From: Candidatus Latescibacterota bacterium
GTDB lineage: Bacteria; Latescibacterota; UBA2968; UBA8231
NCBI GenBank assembly: GCA_965221775.1
Contig: CBDCSU010000004.1
Location: 1,056,001-1,120,000 of the forward strand
DNA length: 64,000 nucleotides
Reading direction: 5' to 3'
This document shows positions 9,701 through 18,602 of the stretch, one piece after another (position 1 is the stretch's first letter; every line of letters starts with the position of its first letter). Both the position numbers and the translations under genes were made by a program. The notes below the pieces were generated by a model, which was given only the letters and a program-made list of their open reading frames with translations, did not search any database and was not told the origin of the DNA.

Positions 9701-10786
9701 CTACCCGGGGAGCATGGCCACGCAGACCGGCTTCGGGACCTCCGCCCGCACTCCCGTTGGGGTGAGGCCCCCCGAGTCGCCGTCTATGCGGAAGACGCTC
9801 ACGCAGTCGCTCTGGTAATTCGCCGCCAGCAGACAGCGCGCCGTGGGATCGATGCCCAGGTTCCAGGGCCAGCTTCCCCGGGCCGGTTCGTGACCGACGA
9901 TCTCGACGCAGCCGGTGGCCTCGTCCACGGCGAAGACGGCGATGCTGTTATGGCCGCGGTTGGAGGTGTAGAGGAAGCGCCCCGAGGGCAGGATCTTGAT
10001 GTCGGCGGCGTGGTTGTGTCCGTCGAATCCCTCGGGCAGGGCGGGGACCGTCTGGCGCTCGGTGAGCCGCCCTCTCTCCGGGTCCCAGTCGAAGACCGAG
10101 AGAGTGGTGTCCAGCTCGTTGAGCACGTAGGCCACGGACCGCCGCGGATGGAAGGCGATATGCCTCGGCCCCGCCCCCGGCGCGCTGGAAGCCGCGGGAG
10201 GATCGGCCGGCCTCAGGCCTCCTCCCTCCGTGAGCCCGTAGACCCGAACCTCGTCGGTCCCCAGGTCGGCGGCCAGGGCCCAGCGCCCGCTGGGGTCCAG
10301 AACCATGCAGTGCACGTGCGGTCCCTCCTGGCGCTCCTCGTCGACGCTCGATCCCTCGTGCTGCACCGTCGCCACCGGAGGGCCGAGTCCGCCGGCCTCG
10401 ATGGGCAGGACGGCGACGCTGCCGGAGTTGTAGTTGCCGGTCAGCAGGAACCGCCCCTCGCGGTCGAAATCGATGTAGCACGGAAGGGTGCCCCCCGACC
10501 GCTGGCGGCCGAGGAAGCTCAGGGCGCCCGTCGAAGGATCCATGTCGAAGGCGCTCACGGCCCCCTCCCCGACGCCGTCGCACTCGTCGAGGGCGTTGGC
10601 GGCGTAGAGCCGCCGGCCCGCGGCGTCGACGCGCACGAAGAACGGGGTCGGCACCCCCGGCGTCCGGCCCGCCGGCTCCAGGGAGCCCGAGGCCGGATCG
10701 AGGAGGAAGTGGTAGATCCCTTTGGCGGGATCCTCGTTGTAGGTCCCCACGTACACGAGAACCCTGGCGTGTGGATCAGCTGGCAT
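9701..10786 (-). CDS. Lactonase family protein (6-phosphogluconolactonase-like beta-propeller)
   Basis: VYVGTY, GNYNSGSV, ERQEGPHVH, GAGPRHIAFHP, YTSNRGHNSIA; start at MPADP. Confidence 0.9.
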   Translation of the reverse strand: MPADPHARVLVYVGTYNEDPAKGIYHFLLDPASGSLEPAGRTPGVPTPFFVRVDAAGRRLYAANALDECDGVGEGAVSAFDMDPSTGALSFLGRQRSGGTLPCYIDFDREGRFLLTGNYNSGSVAVLPIEAGGLGPPVATVQHEGSSVDEERQEGPHVHCMVLDPSGRWALAADLGTDEVRVYGLTEGGGLRPADPPAASSAPGAGPRHIAFHPRRSVAYVLNELDTTLSVFDWDPERGRLTERQTVPALPEGFDGHNHAADIKILPSGRFLYTSNRGHNSIAVFAVDEATGCVEIVGHEPARGSWPWNLGIDPTARCLLAANYQSDCVSVFRIDGDSGGLTPTGVRAEVPKPVCVAMLPG

Positions 10787-10922
10787 CGTATCCTCCCTCG
10801 AATCTCCGCGTGGTCGCGTCTGTTCTTGCGTCCTCACGGACCGGCGGCGCACCTTAGAGAACTGGACTTCGAATCAACACCGCCGGCCCTGCAAGGGTCA
10901 ATTCACAGCCGGGAGAGATGCC

Positions 10923-11759
10923 ATGCCCAGAGTCCTGAGTGACGCCGCCGTCGAGCAGTACCACCGCCACGGCTACTACTTCCCCGTCCGGGTCCTGGAT
11001 CCGGCCCAGGTCGCCGAGAACCGGACCCGCCTCGAGGCCTTCGAGGCCGCCCAGGGCGAGCCGATCTCCGGGGCCCAGCGCAGCAAGTCCCACCTGCTCT
11101 TCCGCTGGGTGGACGACCTGATGCGGCTGCCGGCCATCCTCGATGCCGTGGAGGACCTGATCGGGCCGGACCTGCTGTGCTGGAACACCCTGTTCTGGAT
11201 CAAGGAGTCCGGCAGCGAGAGCTTCGTCTCCTGGCATCAGGACCTGCGCTACTGGGGCCTGGACACGAACGACCTGGTCACTGTCTGGCTGGCCCTGTCG
11301 CCGGCCACCCTGGAGAGCGGGTGCATGCGGGTGCTGCCGGGCAGCCACCGCGGCGACATGATGCAGCACAAGGACGAGTTCAAGGCCGACAACCTCCTCA
11401 CCCGGGGGCAGGAGATCGCCGTCGAGGTGGATGAAGACCTCACCGTGGCCATGCCCCTGCAGGCCGGCGAGGTCTCCCTGCACAACGTGCGGCTGGCCCA
11501 CGCCTCCGGCCCCAACCGCTCGCCGGACCGGCGCATCGGCCTCTCCCTGCACTACATGCCCACGAGCACCCGCCAGATGGTGGGCGAATGGGACAGCGCC
11601 GCCCTGGTGCGGGGGGAGGACCGGCACGGCCACTTCACCCATGCGCCGAGGCCCGCCAGGGACTTCGACCCGGTGGCCGTCGAGTTCCACGAGCGCGCCA
11701 CGGCGGCGGTGCGCAGGGTCCTCTTCGAGGGGGCGGAGAAGGTCCGGCCCACGATCTGA
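10923..11759 (+). CDS. Phytanoyl-CoA dioxygenase (PhyH) family Fe(II)/2OG oxygenase with canonical HxD
   Basis: WHQD...TVWLAL...GCMRVLPGSH...LAHASGPNRSPDRRIG. Confidence 0.9.
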   Translation: MPRVLSDAAVEQYHRHGYYFPVRVLDPAQVAENRTRLEAFEAAQGEPISGAQRSKSHLLFRWVDDLMRLPAILDAVEDLIGPDLLCWNTLFWIKESGSESFVSWHQDLRYWGLDTNDLVTVWLALSPATLESGCMRVLPGSHRGDMMQHKDEFKADNLLTRGQEIAVEVDEDLTVAMPLQAGEVSLHNVRLAHASGPNRSPDRRIGLSLHYMPTSTRQMVGEWDSAALVRGEDRHGHFTHAPRPARDFDPVAVEFHERATAAVRRVLFEGAEKVRPTI

Positions 11760-11781
11760 GGGCGCCCATCCGCCCGTTGGG

Positions 11782-12657
11782 TCAGCCCACGCGGACGGTG
11801 CCGTCCTCGTCGACGGTGAGGAAGACCTGATCGGTTCCCGGCGCCGACGCCGGGCCGTACATGACCGCCCGCTCCACGTCCGACATCCCCTCCACCAGAT
11901 CCTCCCCCCAGTGGATCTGCGGTGGCGCCAGTTGGGCGGAGCGGCCCGTGCGCGTGGCGGTGCGTCCGGCGTACTTGAACAGCACCGACCGCCGGTCGTG
12001 GCCGGCGGCCCACGGCAGGGTGCCGTGGGTCTGGGCGCCGTCCATGAAGAACAGGACGTCCCCGGCCCTCACCTCGGGCTGCTTCACCAGGCCCATGTCG
12101 TCGTCGGCGGTGCGCACTCCGCGGGGCATGGGGAACCCCGCCTTGTGGCTCCCGGGCACGCAGGCGAAGCCGCCGTCGCCGGGACCGGCGTCGGCCAGGT
12201 TCCAGGCCACGGTCACGCCGGCGCAGTAACCCCGGCCTCCCTGGTGATGGTAGGCGACGTAGGGCCGGTGCGGCTCCCCGGCGCCGTGCATGACCATGCC
12301 CGCCGTGCCCTCGACGCCGCCGATGTAGTGGGGCCCGTGGTCGAAGCGGAAACCGGTTCCGCACATCTCGTTGAGGCGGCTCACCACGGCCGGGTGAGCG
12401 AGCATGCGGCGGAAGGGCTCGCAGTGCGGCTTCGGCAGGGTGAGCAACTCCTCGGAGGCGGTGATTCTCAGGTAGCTGCTGCCCCGCAGGCGCCGCGATC
12501 CCCGCGGCCCCGAGATCTCCCCGGCGTCGTGCACGGCGCCCCGCTCGTGACAGTCGTCGAGGGCGGCGTTGGCCGCGGCCAGCTCATCGGCGGTCAGCAC
12601 CTGCGGCACCACGAGGTAGCCCGTCAGGTCCCAGAAGTAGCGCTCTCTCTCGTCCAT
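11782..12657 (-). CDS. PhyH-family Fe(II)/2OG enzyme, HxA variant
   Basis: YFWDLTGYLVV, MHGAGE, GGFACVPGSHK, THGTLPW, RRSVLFKY. Confidence 0.85.
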   Translation of the reverse strand: MDERERYFWDLTGYLVVPQVLTADELAAANAALDDCHERGAVHDAGEISGPRGSRRLRGSSYLRITASEELLTLPKPHCEPFRRMLAHPAVVSRLNEMCGTGFRFDHGPHYIGGVEGTAGMVMHGAGEPHRPYVAYHHQGGRGYCAGVTVAWNLADAGPGDGGFACVPGSHKAGFPMPRGVRTADDDMGLVKQPEVRAGDVLFFMDGAQTHGTLPWAAGHDRRSVLFKYAGRTATRTGRSAQLAPPQIHWGEDLVEGMSDVERAVMYGPASAPGTDQVFLTVDEDGTVRVG

Positions 12658-12667
12658 CGGTATCCCC

Positions 12668-13549
12668 TCAGCCTCTGTGGACGACGCTCACGTCCGCCCC
12701 GTCCGACTCCAGCAGCGGCATGCTGCCGTGTACGCCGGGTCCGTACAGGACCGCCCGCTCGGCCTCGGTGAGCTCCTCGGTCCACTCGCCGTAACGGTCC
12801 CTCGGCTTGAAGTGCCGGCCCACCGCCCGGGCGGCGCCGCGCTCGGCGTACTTGTAGAGCACGGACCGGCGTTCGCCCTCGCCCTTCCACGGCAGGGTGC
12901 CGTGGGTGGCGGTCTCGGCGAAGAACAGCACGTCGCCGGCGGCCATGGCCGGCTGCACCACCAGGCCCATGTCGTCCTCCACGGTGCGCACGCCCCGCGG
13001 GGTGGGCTCCCGCGACTTGTGGCTGCCGGGAACCACCGCGAAGCCGCCGTCGCCGTCGCCCACGTCGGTCAGCTGCCAGGCGACGGTGACGCCGCGGCAG
13101 GAGATCACCGAGTTCTGGTGGTGGTACCAGTTGGCGGGGCTGAAGGGCTCGCCGGCGCCGTGCAGGAGGTGGCCCTCGGTGCCGGCCTCGGCGCCGATCA
13201 GCAACGGTCCGTGGTCGAGGCGGAAGCCGCGGCCGCAGATCTCGTTGAGCCGCGACACGACCACGGGGTGCACCAGGAGGTCCCGGAATGGCTGACGGTA
13301 GGGCGCCGGCCAGCCGAGCATCCCGCGCAGCTCGCGGCGGCCGGAGCCGCCGGTGAGGGCCGCGGAGCCCCGCGCCAGGCCGCCCCCCTCCACGGGGCGC
13401 GCGCGAATGCTGCCGGCGTGGTGGTCGATGGCGTCGTTGCAGGCCCGCACCTGCCCGGCGGACAGGGCCCCGCGCACGACCAGGTACCCCCGCAGGTCGA
13501 AGTAGTACTTCTCCTCCTCGGTGATGACGAAAAGGCTGGCCTCGCTCAT
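12668..13549 (-). CDS. PhyH-family Fe(II)/2OG enzyme, HxA variant (paralog of the adjacent gene)
   Basis: GGAGGA SD before MSEAS; YYFDLRGYLVV, LHGAGE, GGFAVVPGSHK, THGTLPW, RRSVLYKY. Confidence 0.85.
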   Translation of the reverse strand: MSEASLFVITEEEKYYFDLRGYLVVRGALSAGQVRACNDAIDHHAGSIRARPVEGGGLARGSAALTGGSGRRELRGMLGWPAPYRQPFRDLLVHPVVVSRLNEICGRGFRLDHGPLLIGAEAGTEGHLLHGAGEPFSPANWYHHQNSVISCRGVTVAWQLTDVGDGDGGFAVVPGSHKSREPTPRGVRTVEDDMGLVVQPAMAAGDVLFFAETATHGTLPWKGEGERRSVLYKYAERGAARAVGRHFKPRDRYGEWTEELTEAERAVLYGPGVHGSMPLLESDGADVSVVHRG

Positions 13550-13631
13550 TCCTCCCTCCTGGGTTGCTCGCTCTTCCGGGCGCCAATATGGTATCCCGCC
13601 CGCCCGCCTACCAACTACCACGGTCCCCCCG

Positions 13632-14934
13632 ATGCCGCCGAACGTCCTCCTGGTCATCACCGATCAGCAGTCCCGCTTCGCCCAGTCCGCCGCCGGCAAC
13701 GAGTCGGTGCGCACCCCCCACCTCGACGCCCTCTCGGCGGCGGGCGTGCGCTTCAGCCGCGCCTACTGCGCGGCGCCGGTCTGCAGCCCCTCGCGCGCCA
13801 GCCTGGCCACCGGCCGGCCCCCCCACCAGACCGGCCTGATGGCCAACGGCATGCCCTGGACCGGAGCCATGCCCGAGATGTGCGGCCACTTCCTGCGCCA
13901 CGGGTACGACGTGGGCTGGGTCGGCATCCGGCTCGGGACCCCCCCTTCGTCGACCGCCGCAGGGCCTCGCTTCGAGCTGCTCCTGCCCGACGGCGTCGGC
14001 ACCCGCCTGGGCTGCGAGAGCGACGCCGCCATCGCCGACGCGGCGGTCCGCTACCTGCGCAGGCCGGGGCGCGAACGGCCCTTCTTCCTCGGTGTCACCC
14101 TGATCAACCCCCACGACATCTGCTACTGGGTGATGGGGCAGGCGGCCGACACCGCCGGCGACGGCCCCCTGCCGCCGCTGCCCGACGGCTTCGAGCCGGC
14201 CGAGGACGAGCCCGACTTCATCCGCCGATGCCGGCGGCGCACGCACTACGGTCCGGAGAACACCTTTACCCGGGGCTGGGACCGCGACGACTGGCGCCGC
14301 TACCTGCGCGAGTACCACGCCCTGACCGAGCGCGTCGACGCCGAGACGGGACGCATCCTGGATGCCCTCCGCGACGCCGGGATCGAAGAGGAGACCCTGG
14401 TGGCCTGCACCAGCGACCACGGAGAGGGCATGGCCCGGCACCGCTGGGTGGTGAAGCTGATGCTGTGGGAGAGTGTCGTCTCCGTGCCCCTGACCCTGTC
14501 GTGGCCGGGAGCGATCCCCCGGGGGCGGGTGCGGAACCAGCTCGCCTCCGGCCTGGACCTGCTGCCCACCTTGTGCGACTACGCCGGGCTGCCGGTCCCG
14601 GCGGGCGTGGTCGGCCGCAGTCTGCGCGGCGCCGTCGAGGAGGACGGCCCCGGGCGCGGCTATGTCGTCACCGAGCTGCACCCGGACGACCAGAAACCTT
14701 GCCTTCGCCGCGCGCATCGTCGTGTCGGAGGGCCACAAGTACGCGGCTTTCTCCGACGGCCGGCCCCGAGAGGTGCTCTTCGATCTGGAGGCCGATCCCG
14801 GGGAGACCCGGAATCTGGCCGCCGACCCCTCCCGTGCACACGCCCTCGCCACGCACCGGCGCTACCTGCGGCAGTGGATCGAGGAGACCGGGGACCACGA
14901 CTTCCCCTTGCCCCCACAGGCTGAGACCGCATGA
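13632..14934 (+). CDS. Cys-type sulfatase with an apparent frameshift at ~14700
   Basis: PNVLLVITDQQ, CSPSRAS (CxPxR), NPHD, TSDHG; the C-terminal ...HKYAAF...EVLFDLEADPGETRNLA lies in another frame (14662..14934 ORF). Confidence 0.85.
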
Positions 14935-15059
14935 ACGACCGCGAGAAGCCTGCCGTGAGGCTCGCCCACGACGAGTGCCCCATGGCCGATCCCACCGAGG
15001 CCGAGGGCGCCCTCTACGACCCCCCGGCGCACCGGCCGCACCGAGCTCGAGGGCCCGCC

Positions 15060-15995
15060 TCAGTAGCGGAGCCCCGCCAACTCCCCCCGGATCAGCTCCA
15101 TCAACGCCGCCGCCGCCGGTGACGCCGGCCGGCCCCGGTGCCGCACGAGACCGACGGAGCGCCGCGCCACGCCCCGGGCGGCGACCGCGGCCAGGCGCCC
15201 CTCGGCCACCTCGGCGGCCACCGAGACCCGCGGCACGAGGGCGACGCCGAAGCCGATCTCCACGAAGCGCTTGATGATCTCGATGCTGCCCAGCTCCATG
15301 GCGATGGCCGAGGCCGCTCCGGCGCCGCGCAGCACCGCGTCGAGGAGGGCGCGGCTCTGGCTGCCGCGCTCGAGGGCCAGCAGCGGATGGCGCCCCGCCG
15401 TGGCCGGCAGGACCGCCTTGCGCCCCGAGAGGGGATGCCCCGCCGGGCAGATCCATACGTCGCTGCGCTCGAAGACCGGCTCCGTCGACAGCCCGCGATC
15501 GCGGATCGGCAGGGTGGCCAGCCCGAAGTCGATCTCGTCGGCCAGCACCAGCTCGCCGATCTCGGAGGACATCTTGTTGCGGATGTCGACCTCGACCTCG
15601 GGGAAGCGCTCGCGGAACCGGCGCAGCACCGGCGGCAGCACGTAGGTGCAGTTCGTGTCGCTCGTGGCCAGCAGCACCCGGCCGCGCACGCGCGTCCCCA
15701 TCTCCTCCAGCTCGGCCCGCGCCGCGGCCAGCTCCCCCAGGATCGACCGCGCCCGCCGGAACAGGGCCTCGCCGGCGTGGGTGAGGCGCACCCCCTTCCG
15801 GCCCCGCTCCAGCAGGCTCTGCCCGAGCTCCTCCTCCAACGCCCTGATCTGCTGACTGACGGCCGGCTGGGTCAGGAACAACCTGTCCGCTGCGCGCGTG
15901 AAGCTGCCCTGGCGGGCGACCTCGCAGAATCCGCGCAGTTGTTGTAGTTCCAAGCTCTTCCTCCGGGTTACATCATATCGCGTTCGCTTATCCAA
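15060..15995 (-). CDS. LysR family transcriptional regulator
   Basis: LQQLRGFCEVARQGSFTRAADRLFLTQPAVSQQIRALEEELG HTH; substrate-binding domain follows. Confidence 0.93.
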   Translation of the reverse strand: MDKRTRYDVTRRKSLELQQLRGFCEVARQGSFTRAADRLFLTQPAVSQQIRALEEELGQSLLERGRKGVRLTHAGEALFRRARSILGELAAARAELEEMGTRVRGRVLLATSDTNCTYVLPPVLRRFRERFPEVEVDIRNKMSSEIGELVLADEIDFGLATLPIRDRGLSTEPVFERSDVWICPAGHPLSGRKAVLPATAGRHPLLALERGSQSRALLDAVLRGAGAASAIAMELGSIEIIKRFVEIGFGVALVPRVSVAAEVAEGRLAAVAARGVARRSVGLVRHRGRPASPAAAALMELIRGELAGLRY

Positions 15996-16078
15996 AGTAT
16001 AAGTAGAATCATCTTGAGTTATGATATTCCAATCCGCACATTCACCACCGACCGGCTCACCTTACCGGAGGATTCACC

Positions 16079-17377
16079 GTGCCCGTCACCGCCGTGGTCG
16101 GGGCCGCCTGGGGCGACGAAGGCAAGGGCAAGATCACCGACGCCCTGGCCGCGGACGCCGGCGTCGTGGCCCGCTTCCAGGGCGGCCGCAACGCCGGTCA
16201 CACCATCGTCAACGACTTCGGGCGCTTCGCCCTGCACCTGCTGCCCTCGGGGGTCTTCCGCCCGGGCGTGACCAACCTCCTCGGCCCCGGCGTCGCCGTC
16301 GATCCCGCCGCCCTGCTGGAGGAGCTGGACGGGCTGACCGGCGGCGGCGTGCCGGCGCCCGACCTCGTCATCTCGGACCGGGCCCAGGTGGTCCTGCCCA
16401 CCCACGTGATCGCCGACCGCTGTGAGGAGGAGCGCCTCGGGGACAGGGCCTTCGGCTCCACCCGCGCCGGCATGGCGCCGTTCTACGCCGACAAGTGCCT
16501 CAAGGTAGGTCTGCGGGTGGGAGATCTCTTCCATCGGGACTGGCTGCGGGAGCGCCTCGGCCGTTCCCTGGCCGCGCGCAACGTCCTCTTCCGCCACCTC
16601 TACGGCCGCGGGGAGATGACCGTCGACGGCCTCTGCGACCACCTCTCCCCCATGACCGAGCGGCTGCGGCCCATGGTGCGCGACACCGGCGCAATCCTGA
16701 GGCAGCGGCTGGCCGCGGGCGAGCGCATCCTGGCGGAAGGCCAGCTCGGGGCGCTGCGCGATCCCGACCACGGCATCTATCCCTACTCGACCTCGTCCTC
16801 CACCCTGGCCGGCTTCGCCTGCGTCGGCCTCGGAGTCCCTCCCGGATCGATCGACAAGGTCGTCGCCGTGGCCAAGGCCTACTCGAGCTGTGTCGGCGCC
16901 GGACCCTTCGTCACCGAGTGGAGGGGGAAGGCGGCCGAGGAACTGCGGCAACGCGGCGGAGACCGCGGAGAGTACGGCGCCACCACCGGCCGGCCCCGGC
17001 GGGTCGGCCCCTTCGACGCCGTGGCCACCCGCTACGGATGCCGCCTCCAGGGCGCCACCTGCGCGGCCTTGAGCAACCTCGACGTCCTCGGGTATCTCGA
17101 CGAGATTCCCCTGTGCACGGCGTACCGCATCGACGGCCGGGAGACCACCGACTTCCCGTGCACCCGGGAGCTGGAACGCGCCGAGCCCGTGTACCGAAGC
17201 ATGCCGGGCTGGCGCGCCGACATCTCGGGGACCCGCCGCTGGGAGGAGCTGCCCGACGCCGCCCGCCGTTACGTCGATCGCCTGGAGGCCCTGATCGAGA
17301 CGCCGATCTCCCTGCTCTCGGTGGGCCCCCATCGCCGCGCCCTGATCCGCCGCCAACCCGGAGCACCGGATGCCTGA
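16079..17377 (+). CDS. purA: Adenylosuccinate synthetase
   Basis: GAAWGDEGKGK, RFQGGRNAGHT, EGQLG..D.DHG.YPY, EYGATTGRPRRVG, LSVGP. Confidence 0.93.
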   Translation: MPVTAVVGAAWGDEGKGKITDALAADAGVVARFQGGRNAGHTIVNDFGRFALHLLPSGVFRPGVTNLLGPGVAVDPAALLEELDGLTGGGVPAPDLVISDRAQVVLPTHVIADRCEEERLGDRAFGSTRAGMAPFYADKCLKVGLRVGDLFHRDWLRERLGRSLAARNVLFRHLYGRGEMTVDGLCDHLSPMTERLRPMVRDTGAILRQRLAAGERILAEGQLGALRDPDHGIYPYSTSSSTLAGFACVGLGVPPGSIDKVVAVAKAYSSCVGAGPFVTEWRGKAAEELRQRGGDRGEYGATTGRPRRVGPFDAVATRYGCRLQGATCAALSNLDVLGYLDEIPLCTAYRIDGRETTDFPCTRELERAEPVYRSMPGWRADISGTRRWEELPDAARRYVDRLEALIETPISLLSVGPHRRALIRRQPGAPDA

Positions 17378-18095
17378 CCCGCCCGCCGCCATTCTCTTCG
17401 ACCTCGACGACACGATCCTCGAGTTCGAGGCCGTGGCCGCACCCGCCTGGGAGGATGTGACCGAGAGGTTCGCCGGAGATTTCGGGGGCGTGCCGCCGGA
17501 GCAGGTGCGCCGCTCGATCGCCGCGGTCTCTCGGGCCTGGTGGTCGGACCCCGAGCGCCACCGCCAGGGGCGGCTGGACCTGGCGAACACCAGGCGCGCC
17601 AACGTCGCCGATGCCCTCCGGGCCCTGGGTATCGGCGACGACGGAACGGTTGACTCCCTTTCGGGACGGATCGCCGCCGCCTTCGCCGAGGCGCGCACTG
17701 CGGCGATGCGGCCCTTCGCCGGCGCCGTGGAGACCCTGCGCCACTTCGCGTCGGCCGGGGTGCCCATGGCCCTGGTCACCAACGGCGACGCCGCCGGCCA
17801 GCGCGCCAAGATCGACCGCTTCGACCTGGCCGGGTTCTTCCGCTGCATCGTCATCGAGGAGGAGTTCGGCGCCGGCAAGCCGGACGAGCGCGTCTTCCGG
17901 CACGCCCTCGCGGCCCTGGGCGCCGGTCCGCAACAGGCCTGGATGGTGGGCGACAACCTCCGCTGGGAGATCGAGCCCTGCCGCCGGCTGGGCCTGCACA
18001 CGGTCTGGGTCGACGTCCGCGGACAGGGACTGCCCGCCGATGCCCCCGCGGCGCCCCACCGGACGGTGCGCGCCATCGCCGAGCTCACGCGGTAG
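17370..18095 (+). CDS. HAD-superfamily hydrolase (YjjG-like nucleotidase type)
   Basis: ILFDLDDTI, LVTNG, GKPD, MVGDN. Confidence 0.88.
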   Translation: MPDPPAAILFDLDDTILEFEAVAAPAWEDVTERFAGDFGGVPPEQVRRSIAAVSRAWWSDPERHRQGRLDLANTRRANVADALRALGIGDDGTVDSLSGRIAAAFAEARTAAMRPFAGAVETLRHFASAGVPMALVTNGDAAGQRAKIDRFDLAGFFRCIVIEEEFGAGKPDERVFRHALAALGAGPQQAWMVGDNLRWEIEPCRRLGLHTVWVDVRGQGLPADAPAAPHRTVRAIAELTR

Positions 18096-18110
18096 ACCCC
18101 CCGTCGCCGT

Positions 18111-18520
18111 TCGACGCCAGGCGCAGGGTTTCCCGGTCTCCGGCACCTGCCGGCCTCCACGGCTGTCGCCCCGGACTCGCCCTCGACGCCGGGCGCAGCG
18201 TGTCCCGCGGTCTCCGGCACCTGACGGCTCTCACACCGAGGGCCCGGACTCCCGGCTTCGGCGCGCCCGAGGGGGTCACGCGAGGCCCCGGGGGCCGCGT
18301 GTCCGCGGTTTCCGGCACCTGACGGCCTCCACGGCTGTCGCCCCGGACTCGCCCTCGACGCCGGGGGCAGCGTGTCCCGCGGTTTCCGGCACCTGACGGC
18401 TCTCACACCGAGGGCCCGGACTCCCCGGCTTCGGCGCGCCCGAGGGGGGTCACGCGAGGCCCCGGGGGCCGCGTGTCCGCGGTTTCTGGCAGCCGCCTGC
18501 GCTCGCACCGACTCCCGGAC
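18111..18520. repeat. Compound intergenic repeat: five copies of a ~30 bp core with alternating spacers (172-bp tandem duplication)
   Basis: TC(C/T)GGCA core starts at 18139, 18213, 18311, 18385, 18485 (spacing 74/98/74/100); the spacers alternate A-B-A-B. Confidence 0.85.
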
Positions 18521-18602
18521 TGCCAGCGCCGGGCCGCGGGGTTCGGGTGCCCGCTCCTCCCGCTTGCGCCGCCCGCCGCCCCGGCCGACCTTCGAATCGG
18601 TG

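Noticed and set aside
14931-15122. 63-aa ORF coupled to the sulfatase stop
   Set aside because: Overlaps the LysR 3' end and has no recognisable motif; may be a remnant but cannot be supported
16079-17377. PurZ (Z-base synthesis)
   Set aside because: Retains the canonical PurA GDEGKGK with catalytic Asp, not the Ser variant; no phage context
18111-18520. CRISPR array
   Set aside because: Spacers repeat (A-B-A-B) and differ in length, the repeats are degenerate, and there are no cas genes in the window
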